64,000 nucleotides of DNA from Octopus sinensis (lineage: Eukaryota): assembly GCF_006345805.1 (NCBI RefSeq), contig NC_043001.1:98828001-98892000 (forward strand), written 5' to 3'. The notes below the pieces were generated by a model. That model did no database searches. It was given only the letters and a program-made list of their open reading frames with translations, and was not told the origin of the DNA. Shown piece by piece: positions 38,920 through 53,068 of this stretch (position 1 is its first letter; each line of letters opens with the position of its first letter). The translations under genes were made by a program, and so were the position numbers.

Positions 38920-39165
38920 TTTCGGAAACATTTTTTTACGCTAAGATTTGCTAAAGTATGGAACAAACTGCCGGCATCAGTTGTTAGTTGTCGGAGCACT
39001 GCATCCTTCAAAACTTCCATGCTTCCTGATTTTCTCCCCTCCATACACACGCAAGCATGTATCTGACTCATACACTGTTCACTTTCCAGACATTTGTACA
39101 TTACTGCATATGCTTTATACGCACTTTTTGACAAGTTGTGGTGCACTTGAGCACTGTATACAATA
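38920..39165 (+). mobile_element. CR1-like 3'-end fragment inserted in the hAT ORF
   Basis: Plus strand reads FFTLRFAKVWNKLPASVVSCRSTASFK, typical of a LINE RT C-terminus. Boundaries approximate. Confidence 0.65.
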
Positions 39166-40328
39166 GTTTCATTATTATAAGATAGCTTGTGTCTTTTAAT
39201 GGCTTTTTGCAAATTCTTTAAATCAGAAAATCCATATGGATTCCACGTACCGCTTTCGTTGTTATAACAGGTAGGGCCAACAGTAAAATTTATTGAAGCC
39301 AGAACAAGCTGTTAACCACTTTGTCTTCTTATATTGCACTTTGCTAAACTTTCGAATTCAATTTTTTGCTTTACTCGTTAAAGAAACATCAGGCATTGGT
39401 CTACCACTTTGAACAGTACATACTTTTTCAGCGTAAGTTCTTGAAGAAAAACATTACTCAACAAACCTTTCAATCATGCAGTTACATTGACTTGATATGC
39501 AATCACTGTTCACTTCCATTTTATATTAAGGGTGTTCTGTAATTTGAAAAAGTATTAGTTGAATAAACGCAGAAAACAACGTGCGTGTTATCTTTTCACA
39601 GTTTTCCCGAAGGAAGCAGAATGTCAACTTGCTTCCCTTTTCCTATGTGAGATTATAGATATCATAGGTATTGCGAATTGACAGAAACTTAATCTAAACG
39701 TATAAGTATTATTAGAATTTAAAACTATTCCTTATCAGCTCTTACTAGAAAAAAAATTGTCTTTATGGCAATTTCATTAAAAAAATTTTTTAAATATTAC
39801 ACCCGAAAAGGATGCAATAGCTCGTGTTGCTTCCCTTGCACAAATTTTGTGTGTATGTGTGTGGTCTGCCACTACTTGTCATCTCATGCTAATTTCGACA
39901 ATAAAAGTTTGAAGCCCATGATGTCATGTAGTTTATACTAATTTCACTGAACGATCTTATGAAAAATAAGTAATATATATATTTTCAATTTTGTTTCTAC
40001 GATTTTTAAGGGAAGCATTGCTTCCATGGACCGCATCCAGTCACAAAAGTGTAAAAGAACAATAGTGTAATAGGTGCAAAATAATGTGTAGTAAACGAAT
40101 ATGAAAAAAACACCTATTCACAGTTTTTTTTTTTTTTACATTTTTGTGACTGGGTCCTAAACTAGAGATTAACCTATACAGAATACGATTTTGCCCAAAA
40201 ATTACGTTTTCAAAATTTTAATTTCCTCCACCCCACCCCAGTTTCTTAATTTTTAACTTTTTTCGATTTTTTTTAAAAATTCACCATCACAGAGTAGCCA
40301 CCGTGTTTCATTGTTGGCTGCAATCTTT

Positions 40329-40727
40329 TCATGTTAAATTCTTGATCACAAGCCTACAGACCCACACTCGACCACTGTCAGAAATTACAGCATATCTGGA
40401 CTCATGAGAGAATATGACAGTGTCCCAAAATGCTAGTGGCCTCTCCACCATCTCACCGGCCCAATCTTTTCTCCACTTGATATTGGCTGGTTGAAGAAGT
40501 GGCTTCCTTCTTGTTGCTCTGCCATAGTAGCCTAGTTTGTGGAAATACTTCACAGCAGTTCTGGGAATGACATCAACTTGTTCTGCTGTCAGAGGCCTTG
40601 CAATGAGGATTTTCTTCCATACTTCACTTAACAAAGTGAAGGGCCCTGTCAGAGGACCCTGAGGTGAGATGACATGTATTCCTAGGTGAGATGACATGTA
40701 CTCCTTCCCCTTTCTGATGAATTGCAC
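40329..40727 (-). mobile_element. Tc1-like transposase fragment
   Basis: KLGYYGRATRRKPLL..NIKWRKDWA..WDTVIFSHESRY..GRVWV. A possible TIR end CCATACTTCTGGCCACTG|TA lies at ~42185-42204. Confidence 0.75.
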
Positions 40728-43231
40728 ATCATTCTATTAACTGTAGAAAGTGGGATCCCAAGGTTTTCTGAAGTCCACCTTCAGGTTGATCCACAATACA
40801 GCCTCATGGAAATTCAGACAATTTCAAGGCATGATTAAACAGTCACATATAGAACCTAAAGCATAAAAATATCAATAAATAAAAAATATAAACCTTTTCA
40901 AGTTAAGATAAACATAAAACGATGTTTTATGGGGTGTCTATTTTCTTCTGTCATGTCTGTGTATATGTATGGAGCACATGGAGCTTTTTAGCCATGGTAA
41001 GGGCAACTTATCTAGGAGAAGGAAAGCTCTGATATAAAACCAGTTTTGTGGTTGCTGATTTCCCCTTAGTTGATGTGCACTATCAGCATCTACTTACTCA
41101 TAGGGCAGTCTGGGCTCTGTGGCTTTTGAGCAACCAGACTAGGAGAAGGTCATTCTGATCTCAAATCTACGATCAATTTAGCATCTGACACATGGCACAC
41201 TGTGCACCAGTACAGGTAAATGCTTTTTTTCTTTATGGAGAGAGTGTTCATTGTATTGCACAAGCAATGACCACTATAAACAAAACCATGTGCAGGTAGC
41301 TCAGTAAAATGCTGTCAGCAAATACCACCATCGTGTTTTGATAGTGAGAGTGTACCCTACTCCCCACTAAACAAAAAACCTATGACAATGAAAGGGATAG
41401 CAATGGGAACAGGTGAAGGATGTCACTGGAAGTTCTTCGCTTGAACTTTGCACATAGATGATGAAAGATGGCTGCTTTACACAACATCTGCAGGTAATTG
41501 TGTAATTTGTGTCCTTTCACAACAAAGCAACCCTGTTTAGGATAACACTGCTTTCCTCCTATGGAGGAGGGGGTCAAGAAAATGTGACCCAAAAATTGTT
41601 TACTCGCATTGCTCCTTGTCATTAGGTGCAAATGACTGGACACCCAAACCTGCACCAGAAAATTAAGCAAATTGAAAACAGAAAACTTCTTTATTGCAAC
41701 TTGAAATGTAAGAACTCTTCAGGACTGTAAGAAAAATATAGAACATAGGACCACTTTGGTTGCCCATGTTTTGAAGGAAAAAAACATCAAAGTAGAAGTT
41801 CTCAAAGCTATGAGAGAATTCAGATTTATTAATGATCTGTAGGGACACTGTAATTCGTTGAGTTTGTGGCTGATTAATGGGTTGGATGGGTACTGATGAA
41901 GGAGCAAAAACTGAAATATATAATATATGCCTATTACTGATTTTTCATCTTTGATCTCATTGTTGTTTACATCAGGTGTCTCACATATGAAAACATCACA
42001 ACAAAATCAGTGCTGGCTGTGATTTCTATAAAAAATCTGTAGAGATAACCTTGAAGATGTTCAAAACAATGGGAATAAATATGCTTCACATTTGACAGAG
42101 TAATCTGAATGCTAAAGAGTTAAACAGACAGCATTTAGGGCAAATAGAAACATAATTTTTAACATCATTACAATATTCAGGCCACCATACTTCTGGCCAC
42201 TGTATATATTTCTAGTGACTATAGTACCAAAATGTACAGCTTTTATGAAAATTTGTCACAATACCAAATGAACAACAATGTTCCTATTGCAAATAATCAT
42301 TGTCAACTGTCAGTGAGTCCTGTGTTTAATTGCTTCATAGGGTCTTTCAAGCAATTATTTCAAGCAATTATTCCATCTATTCACCTGATTAAGAACCTTA
42401 GACAAAACTGTACTTCAGTGTAACTTAATGAAGATCATTGAGTTGACTTTGCTGACCCCAATGCTGAAGACATTGCTTGACTCCTTGTTGCTGCTTGAAT
42501 CAGCATCAATTTCATGTACTTTCTCAAATTGTTACCTTGAAGACCAGCAGACAAATGTAACATATCAAAAGCAGGAGACTTATCCATATTATGGGTATAA
42601 TCATGTGACCTTTTCTGACATGCATCCGCTGCCAGGTTGGGTGGTGCTTGATGCCATGGAATAAAATAAACAAAGTTTAGATCAGTTCAAAAATGTTTGA
42701 GGCATAATTAGCCTGTAAGACAGCATTTTCACTGTGATTTGCCATGAGGAGAAATTTTTGCTTTAGGCAGCCCCCCCATATATCTTGTTCCAAACTGGCA
42801 GCAGATGCATGAGGTAATATCTGCAGATTTTTAAAAGAAAGTGAAGTCTTCCAATCATTTTGGAGTTGGCTTGCTGGGTATCTTATACTGAAGACAGCTA
42901 AGAAGATAGAAATGCATCCATAGGGTTCACTCTGAACTGACTTTGGTGTTTCTAACACCTTTTACCAAAAGTGAGAATTTTTTTCCATGGCAAACCGTAT
43001 TGAAAATGCCTATTTCTCAAACATATGTGAACTGATCTAAACTTTGTTTATTTTACATCAAGGCTTCAAGCAACACCCATATATAATAAACAATAAGTCA
43101 ACTGAGATTTAAACTATGCAGTGAAAAGCAGAGCTATAAAGCCAACTGGTGAAAGTGAAGGACATATTTCAGTGTTATTAGACCTCCATAGTAAAGCATA
43201 TTCTACTCAGTTGACAAGAATAAGTGTAATC

Positions 43232-43280
<49 letters not shown>

Positions 43281-45155
43281 GCATTCTTAGGCTTCCAACA
43301 CTAACCATTACACAGTCTTTTCTTTTCAAAGTGCTGATCCCCTCGAATTTCATCCCAAGCTGTCAACTTGAAACTTACTCAAGAGAAACATAAATTTTGC
43401 TGACCCTTATTGGTCTTAGAGAGACCTGTGAAAGCTATGACCAGAGCTCCTTCCTCATGAGCATGGAAATAAAAGAGATAAAACAAACAAAAAAGGAGTA
43501 AAAAAGGACAGGATGTCTTTCATTTGTTTTATAACAGTATTGTTGCAGGAGTTTTGTTTGACAATGTCATGTGACCGAAGTCAGCAGTCTTGGGTTGAAG
43601 AGTATTTAAGGAAGCTGCTGCCTTTTCAGGAAAGTCAAGTTTGCTTTGTTTCAATGACAATGTAATAGTGATGCTACTGGCAGGGTTTTGAGAATTTATA
43701 CAGTCTGATACAGGTGGAAAAGCCAATACTCTATAAATATTTTCTCAATTTTGTTTTGTAATAAGCTGCAGTAGGCTGTTTAATTATTGCTAATACAAAC
43801 TGTCAAACTAATTACTATGTTAATTGGTGGAATTATATTCTAATATAATTCACTACTCACAAATGGAATAACATCCTGCAAAGAAACAAGAGGAGTTAAA
43901 TATTTCCTATTTCTCAGAAACAGCAGAGTGCCAGAATAAACGGTAAGCAGAAGTGTGGCTGACTAAATTCTTTTCACAACCAAGGAATCCTTTTATTTAA
44001 AGGTATGATCTACTCAATAAGCTTATTTTGTTAACTAACAACAAACTTGTCTCAGCTCAGTTTCATCGTTTAAGCTGGAAGATATATGAAACTGATTAAT
44101 TCTACATTTTACACTGCAGCATTGTAAAAGTTTTGAACACATTTCACAGACACTCCCACTCTCCCACCATATTACCTCTGTTTGCCCCCCCCCCCCACTG
44201 TATCTGTTAATCCTAAATTAGGAACAGCGGAACAGCTGCTTTACAGTATTAGTCTTGTTTCTCTGTGCTCTGTGTCCAAAACTCACCAGTGCTACTCTTT
44301 CACATTCATGTAGTCAAATCCTGTTTCCTTTATCCCCTAAGGTTAATGATGCATCTGTCAACCCCAACTTTTTCAACTAACAATTTTCACAAACCACACA
44401 TCTCTAGCTTGATTGAATTATTTCTAGTATTCTTCATCTTTACCTTTCAGCTCTGTGTAAAACTTCTTCCAAGTCCTTCTCTTATCCTGTGTAATTGTTT
44501 TCTCTATTGGCATCCCTAGAAGAACGTCATCAGTCACTGAGACAGAGAAATTCCTTCCTTGTCTATTGAAACAGGTAGGTTTGTTTTGCTTTCTCTTGAT
44601 ATTTTCATTGCAAAAAATGTTTTTAATGCAGCAAACCTATTAGCCATATACACAACCACCAACCTGAAAGACTATATATTTTATAATCAGATGAAGCTAA
44701 TTGAGCCAGATTTCTACAGCTGGATGCCTTCCTTGTCACCGACCCTTACCTGCTTCCAAGCAAGATAATGTTTCCCCATAGCCAGTCATGTTTATGCCAA
44801 ATATTGGGAATGAATGACATCCATTTATAAACCTCACGTGATGTCAAGACAAGGAAACACATCTGCGCTCACACATAGATTTATATATATATATATGTGT
44901 TGGAGGAATAAAGGTAGAATGAGGTATTTTTGCCTCTTGACTGAAACAGTTGTAAGTTATTTTCCCAATTTATATTCCTGTATGTTATATTTTAATAATT
45001 ACTGGTATCTTTATATAATAATATATTTTTATATGTAAAGCATAATATGTTATACATGTATATTCTTGTAATTGTCATTTTAGTAAATAAATAAGTTGAC
45101 ATAATATGTCTAGAAGTTGACGAACCACCTATTGATCCCCTCCATTTTCTTATTG

Positions 45156-45196
<41 letters not shown>

Positions 45197-46418
45197 CACA
45201 CAAACACATACATACACACCCAACACATGATAGGTTTCTTTCAGTTTCTATCTACCAAGAAGCTAGACAGTGGGACTGAACCCAAAACCATGCCTTGCTT
45301 GCAGACAAGCTGGTGACACCATTCTTTGTACTTCCTGGAAGGTATCCCACACATACATACAAAATCTACACACACACACACACATCATCAGACCTTGTGC
45401 AGCCTCCTGGCTTGCCAGTCCTCAGTCAGAGTGTCTAACCCATGCCAGCATGGAAAATGATCATTAAACATTGATGATGATGATGTATGTATGTATATAA
45501 GCAAATCAAAAACAAGTGAAAAAGATGTACGCAGTGAATGTATTAGGCAAAGAATAGTCTGAGAAAAGCATGTGTGTGGTTACATGGCTGAAGTGACGTA
45601 TGTGCGTGGCTGTATGGTTGAGAAGTTCATTTCCCAGCCATATGGATTTGGGTTCAATCCTACTGCATAGCTCCTTGGTCAAGTGTTTTCTGTTATAGCC
45701 CTGAGCCGACCAAAGCCTTGTGAGTGGATTTGGTAAACAGAAACTGAAAGAAACATGTCATCTCTCCATCTGTCTGTCTGTCTGTCTGTCTCTCTCATTG
45801 TGTTTTCTTGTCTTGACATCATGTGATTGTTGTAAATGGATGTCATTCATTTCCAATATTCTGCAAAAACATGCTTGACCATAGAGATATATTATTGCCA
45901 ATAATATGCATTCCTAATATCTAGGCATAAAAATCTGAATAAAAAAACAATGTATATCGTACATGAATAAATATGGTATACTTGCATCTCAGTAACCCAA
46001 TCAGTTATATTGCTTGGACACACTGTAAAAACAATTATAACTAATCTCTAAATTAAGTAGAAGGCTACACATTTGAGAGATGGATAAAGACAATCAAATA
46101 GACTCACCTCTCCCTCGGTACTCTCCCAGTATTTATTTTATCAATACTGGAAGGATGAAAGGACAAAACAACTATAGCAGTATTTGAACTCAGAACATAA
46201 AGATATGCAACTGAACGCTGCAAGGCATTTTGTACAATACTGTAACTATTCATTCCAACTAGCACTCTGTAGGGACACTGTATAATTGGTGGGGGTTTGT
46301 ATTAATTTTATTTATGCTTCTTAATTTTAAAAATCATTGAATTAAAATAATTAAAAGATTACCATTTCCTATGTTTGTCTTTGCAGAAACAAACATCAAA
46401 ATAAAGAACATTGTAACC

Positions 46419-47637
46419 ATGAAGCTTTTACTGATAGTTTTTATATGCATTATGTCAATATGCATCGTTAATACTACTTGTCCGGAATCATGCCAGTGCA
46501 ACAAAGAACAAACAGAAGTTTCATGTGAGAGACAATCTCTAACATCAGTCCCTAAATCATTGCCGACAACTACAGAATCTCTCAAATTGGCTTATAATTT
46601 ACTACGAGAAATTACAGCAGAGTCTTTCAAAAATTTAGTTAAACTGAAAAAACTGGTTTTAACATCAAACAAAATTTCAGTTATCAGAAAAAATAGTTTT
46701 AAATACCAATCCAAACTGGTCTCTCTTTACTTGATCAACAATATCATCCATACCATTGAAAATGGTTCTTTTGTTGGGGCCATTTCTTTAGCTAGTATTT
46801 ATCTGAGTTCAAATCAACTAAAAGATGTTCCATGTCTTTATGGTTTAATCTCATTGAAACATCTACTCATAAATACCAATCAAATTTCAGAAGTATTCTT
46901 TCCTGCTGAATATAGGCAAATAAAAAATCTCACTTATATAAATCTTTCTAATAACAAAATAAACCGTCTTACTGTTAATTCTCTTATAAATTTAAATGAG
47001 TCAAATATAAAGAGGATCTCATTTTCAAGAAATCAAATCACAAATATTGAACCAGAAACATTTCGTGTCCTAAGTAACATAAATTCTTTGAATCTTGCAG
47101 AAAACCCTTTCACAGCAGATGTCCTTAAAAACTCTCTCTATGCAATGAGAAATTTTAACCTTCGCTCTTTGGATCTTTCTGGATTAAAAAAGATAAATGT
47201 TCTTGCAGATAACATATTTGAAGCATTACAAAATACTTCCCTTCAAACACTAATCTTAAGTCATAGTAACATCTCACGTGTCAGCAGCAACACATTCAAA
47301 CTATTAGATTCTCTTGAAGTTCTGAAGCTAGATTTTTGTCAAATTGCCAGTTTAGAAGAATCTACATTCACAAATTTGACTCATTTAAGAAGGCTCTTTC
47401 TGAATGGCAATTACATATCTAAGCTAACAGCAGTTTTCCCATCGAAACTACTTTATTTGTACCTGAACAGTAATAAGATTCAGAAAGTCCCAAGCAAAGT
47501 TTTTGATGAGCTGTTTCATTTGATAGAACTTCACCTACAGTACAATAAAATTGTACAGTTCGACAAAGACGCATTTATAGGCCTGGAGAATCTCAAGACT
47601 TTGAAGTTACAACACAATCATATTAATGTTATTCCAG
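46419..47637 (+). CDS. Toll-like receptor, coding exon 1 (signal peptide, LRRNT, ~15 LRRs)
   Basis: ACCATG start, MKLLLIVFICIMSICIVNT signal peptide, CPESCQC..VSC cap, LxxLxLxxN repeats. Donor CAG|GTGAGT at 47637/47638, phase 1. Confidence 0.93.
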
Positions 47638-48923
47638 GTGAGTAATAAAAGTTATCTTTTAAAGCAGACAAATAGCATTATGCTTTATTGAGTCTCAAGA
47701 AAGAGACACAGTTGATTTTGATGGTGGTGTGCCACCCTCCTGGCTGAGGAGTAAAAACAAAATGCCTCAGTAGATATAGTGCTGAACAACTAATCCTTAT
47801 GTTAAAGTATTCTTCAAGCACTTGTGTATTTAGATACAATGCTTGTTTATTTAGGGAGTGCATTTATGTATTTAGGGAATTATACTTGTCTATTTAGGGA
47901 TTTTCTTGTCAATTTAGCACTTAATTTTATATGCCTCGGTATTCAGTATCGTCTGAGAATGCTACTTATCAGAAACTATCTTTTCATCTACTTGGGGCCT
48001 GAAATATGGAGGGCTGCACCATTTAAGCTCTATGAACAGGCTGTATCAAAGGCATACTGCTATAAAAAGTGACAAGAGTAAGAAAGTTAGATGATTTCCT
48101 ATAAAAACTTTAATTAGAGGTATTAGTTAGAGTTTGTGAGGAGAGACTACTGCAATGGGTGTAATTTTCTAGATGAAGAAAAACCCTGTTATTTAATATT
48201 ATAGCATCAGGTCAGTCATGACTGAGCAGAACAATGACTGTTGATGTTCCAGCTTTGAGCAACCTTTCCTTTTAGTGGATATTTCTAGTGCTACATTTGC
48301 CAATGCTTCCTTCTTTTTTAAGACTGGGGGCTTGGAATTTTGAGGAAAGTATCATGGTTTGTGAATACATTATACATGAGGGAGTAAAAGAAAGTAGTAA
48401 AGTTCCTTCCTGAATCATATAGACTCATAGGGATAGTTTCCATGGCATGAATATATTCCCCACCTAGACAGGACACTAGTCTGTTGCAGGATTACTCATT
48501 TTTACCAGCCGAGTGGACTGGAGCAAAATGAAATGAAGTGTTTTGCTCAAGAACACAACGTGTGAGTTGGTCCAGATATCAAAACCACGATTTTACAATT
48601 ATGAGTCCAACACCCTAACCACTATGCCACATGCCTCCACTATGCATGAGGGAAGTAGAACTAAAATCAAGATAAAATAAGTTATTGAAGGGTAAGATAC
48701 ATATGTTTTGGGTTTATAGAACAACTTATTCTTACATCAATGCATAATTGATATATGAAAGAAGTAAGGTGTGAGGAAAAGGTGCCGCCATCGGTCAAGG
48801 CTGCTGCACAACTAATGTGCAATGCCTGGAACTGGGTATGAGGATAATGAAAACATGTACCTGACATTATGATTATAGAACGTTGTGATGTATGATGCAA
48901 TGTTTATCTATTATTTCTTGCAG

Positions 48924-50215
48924 GTGGTTTATTTTCTACATTGGCTGGTCTGTCAGATTTACAACTTGGTTCCAATGACATAACTACTATACCTGAAGAA
49001 ATTTTCATCAGACTAAAATCCCTGAGTTTTCTGGATCTATCCAATAATCATATTTCCAAGATGCCCAAAAGTTTTTCAAAAGAGTTAACTCGAATAAGAA
49101 AATTATATTTAGATTCTAACAAACTTGGGAAATTCTTATCTACTGACAAAAAGGGCTTCCTGCTGAGTGGTCTTAAAAATTTGGAAAGAATTGATTTATC
49201 TTATAATGAAATTCAAGGCCATTTGTCTAAGAAAATCTTTCAAAACAATAAACATCTGAAATATATCTATTTCAGGGGAAATAAAATTACTGGATGGGAA
49301 AACAACACATTTGAGGTAACAAATTTAACACTGATGGAACTTGATGTCAGTAATAACTTCATAATTACTTTTGATAGTGATTCTTTAAAGTATATAAACA
49401 GGAAGAAAAAGTTCAACATTACTTTGAACCCATTTGCATGTGACTGCAATCTTCGTTGGTTCAGGGACTGGTTAAATACTACAACAGTAGATATTGTAGA
49501 CAAAAACGACTTGATGTGCAACAGTCCTCCAGATTGGCAGGGCAAGAAATTACTTGATTTCAGTCGGTCAAAGATAGATTGTACTGACTATACGCTTTAC
49601 TATATCTTAGCTGGTGGAGGTGGAGGTTTTCTCTTAACTGTTGTCATAGTTATATTTGCATACACTAAACGTTGGTACATCAAATTTAAGATGTTTAAAC
49701 TTTATCAGTATGTACAGAAATCAGGCAATGAAAAAGAGTATGAAGCTATACCTGGAGATGACATGTATTTCGATGGGTACATCAGTTACTCTGACAAAGA
49801 TAGTGAATGGGTTGAAAAGTATTTGATGCACACGTTTGATAATGGAGAAAATGGAGAAAATAAGAACAATGGAAACTTTAAACTTTGCTTTCGAAACAGG
49901 GACTTTGCTTATGGAAAATATATTATTGGAATGATAGAAAGTTCTCTGGCTGTGAGTAAGAAAATGATAGTGGTTCTAACACCATATTATAAAAAGGACA
50001 AGAGATGTGAATTTGAATTGCAACTTGGTATTATGAAGCTTAATATAAGGAATGTGATGCCTATTGTGCTCAAAAACTTACAACCAAATCAGATTCCCAA
50101 TAGTCTGAAAGAAATCTTTGAAACAAATAAATTTATTGAATGGGACAATAATGAGTATGCTACAAATTTTATAAAACGTAAACTGGAAAATTTCCTTAAT
50201 GAACAGAACCTCTAA
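48924..50215 (+). CDS. Toll-like receptor, coding exon 2 (~7 LRRs, LRRCT, TM, TIR)
   Basis: Acceptor TTTCTTGCAG|GT, phase 1 and in frame. NPFACDCNLRWF..CNSP..C cap, TM YYILAGGGGGFLLTVVIVIFAY, TIR FDGYISYS..LCFRNRDF..RCEFEL. Spliced product 836 aa. Confidence 0.95.
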
Positions 50216-50588
50216 ATATATATAGTTCATAACTATTAAGTATGTATGTATATATATATATATATATACTCTTTAAGGGTCAGCTTGTAAATTCATGATG
50301 CAATGTAAGCCAGTCACTTCTGTGGTATAAAGACAAATCAAAAGATAACTTAGAGTGAAAACTTTGAAAATCTTGCTGGAAAGAGTGCATTTTTCCAGTT
50401 TCCAAATTTCAAATCTCAAAAGGTACTTCATCCAGAGTAGTTACTGGAAAAGAGGAAAAGAATCAAGAAAACAAAAGTCTTCCTGCAAAGCATCATTGTT
50501 CACATTGTAATTTTCCATTTGCTGTCTTTTTATTTAATCCTGAAAATATTTTATATGTAAAGCATGTACTCATTAATTTTTTACCCAT

Positions 50589-50674
<86 letters not shown>

Positions 50675-50927
50675 GTATATCTATAGTTCATAGATGAGAA
50701 TCAGATATTCCCCATATAGAATACACTTAGTAGTGCTCGAGATTTAAACTTGAGCATGTATAGAAGTAAATGTAGAGAGAAGCGAGTTCGACAGATCAAT
50801 ATATAAAGTATATCAAATACATGAAATACAAAAAAATGTTTATATATGTTTACATACAAAAAGGTCCTACTTACAGAGAATACGAATAACATAGAGAATT
50901 AAAGGTGTTGAAGAAAACTAATACAAA

Positions 50928-51018
50928 TCCAACAGCTGTTTCTGGGGGCTCAGTGGTTCAAAATAATGTTTGTAGATTAATTCCATTGTAGAATGAGACA
51001 AGCCTCCATCTTCAGGGA
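50928..51018 (-). ncRNA. Candidate type I hammerhead with ~50-nt stem II loop
   Basis: Minus strand: UCC CUGAAGA UGGAGGCU..(loop)..AGCCCCCA GAAA CAGCUG UU^GGA. Stem III ACAGCUGU is a perfect palindrome; stem I is only 3 bp. Confidence 0.55.
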
Positions 51019-51625
51019 AGAGATCTTATGTTTGAGGTGTTGGAGGAAAGAAGTTCAAAGATGGAATGATTTTTGTGGAGAGTTAAGTGTATCAGCAGGG
51101 AATTGGGGAGGTATTCAGAGAAAGAATAGTAGAAGGAGAAAATAAATTTCATGTAAACATATGTACATTTTGTATTTCATGTATTTAATATACTTTATAT
51201 ATTCATCTGTCTAACTTATCCCTCCATTTACTTCTATATCTGCTCAAGTTTAAATCTTTTGAGTTCTACTAAGTGTATTCTATATGGGACTATCTGATAC
51301 TCATCTATGAACTGTATATATATATATTTAATTATATATATATATACTCTCTCTCTTTCTCTCTGTACATATATATATATCAACAAGCACATTTCAACTG
51401 TTGCATACAGCAAACACACACACATTAGCCTCACATATACACATGTCCATACACATACTCAGACATCCATACACACACACAGTTGCCCACACATACATAC
51501 TCACAAACTAGCCCCTATTCTACATACACATTCACCCACACCATTATGAGATATACACACGTGCTAGCGCACCTTAGTTTGTTGTGGTCACCATTACTGC
51601 TGTTGTTCTTGTTGTTATCATCGTT

Positions 51626-51674
<49 letters not shown>

Positions 51675-51839
51675 CCATCATCATCATCATCTTCTCCATT
51701 CATTCAGTCTCTTTTTTCCAGTTATCTGGAACACACACATGCACACACACACATATATATACACATTTAATGTCTTATTTCCATTCTGATATGGGTTGGA
51801 TGGTTTGACAGGTGGTGGCTAGGCTTCATATCTGTTTTG

Positions 51840-52400
51840 ACATAGTTTCTAGGCTAGATGCCCATCGTAATGCCAACTACTTTCTAAAGTGTACTGCTTC
51901 CATACCTGAAATTTCTTCTCTAGTTCTGCTAGTGATTCAGCAAGGTCATCAGTGTAGATAAGTTCGCAAAGGCAGCCAGTCATAAATTCCTCTGTTATAG
52001 CCTGGAGGACTATGATAATCAAGAAGGGACTGAGAACCAATCCCTAGTGAAATCCTACTTGCACTCTAAATTCTTTGCTATACTCATTGGCAACTTTCAC
52101 TTTTCTGACAAGGTCTCTGTACATGGCTTTTACAGCTCTCACCAACCATTTATCTATCCCTAGCTTCCACATTGCCCTTCGGATAAGAGAACGGGGTACC
52201 CTGTCAAAAGCTTCCTCCACGTCAACAAAAGCCAGATACAGAGGTTTATTTTTGGCCAAGTACTCCTGCTATTACCTCACCAGGAAGATGACAGTAGTGC
52301 TTCTTCCTGACACAAAACCAAACTGTCTCTTTTAGGCTAACTCTCTTCCTATTAATTGAGCTGTGGTCCACCAGGTCCAGCAATTTGATGCCTCTGTAAT
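51840..52400 (-). mobile_element. RTE RT fragment
   Basis: LAKNKPLYLAFVDVEEAFDRVPRSLI..SPFLIIIVLQAITEEF..YTDDL. Confidence 0.85.
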
Positions 52401-52451
52401 ATACATACTTGTGTGTATGTGTGTATATATATATTTATATATATATATATT

Positions 52452-53068
52452 AGGTCTCACCAAGGAAATGACTAGAGACCGAGACCTATGGAAGTATGCT
52501 GTGCGTGAGAAGACCCGGCAAGACTAGTGAGGCCATAACCCGTGGCCTCTACCTGGGACGTAGTCAGTCCACCTGTGCATACCTTCCTTCTTGTGACACT
52601 TGTGAAGACCTGTTGAGGCAAGTGAAAATCAAACCAAATCAAAATAGATGAACATCAATGGAATTTGTATCTTTGTGGTACCAGTGCCGGTGGCACATAA
52701 GAAAACCATCCGAACGTGGCCATAGCCAGTACCGCATTGACTGGCCTCCGTGCTGTTGGCACGTAACAAACACCATCCGATCGTGGCCGTTCGCCAGCCT
52801 CGTCTGGCACCTGTGTCGGTGGCACATAAAAAACACCATCCGAGCGTGGCTGTCTGCCAGCCTCGTCTGGCACCTGTGTCGGTGGCACATAAAAACACCC
52901 ACTACACTCTCGGAGTGGTTGGTGTTAGGAAGGGCATCCAGCTGTAGAAACACTGCCAGATCTGACTGGCCTGGTGCAGCCTTCGGGCTCCCCAGACCCC
53001 AGTTGAACCGTCCAACCCATGCTAGCATGGAAAGCGGACGTTAAACGATGATGATGATGATGATGATG

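Larger units (their letters stand above)
34020..39500 (-). mobile_element. hAT-superfamily (ZMYM1-like, TTF zinc finger + DUF4371) transposase remnant, split by an LTR element and a CR1-derived insert
   Basis: FYCWP..WNPYGFSDL, QKAIKRH..., NREILRRLID, YDPLL|SSHLQEAGVFSGTSNRFQNDLINSIAEV..LDEATD..QLSFVVRYV. The frame is restored when the LTR element and one target-site copy are removed. Confidence 0.85.

Noticed and set aside
41885-41925. CUGAUGA AGGAGC..CU GAAA UAUA
   Set aside because: Stems I and II are only 2 bp each; compatible with chance in AT-rich DNA.
46371-46418. Longer TLR start at ATG 46371
   Set aside because: It lies upstream of a likely splice acceptor (46386) and would mask the signal peptide; 46419 has Kozak context.
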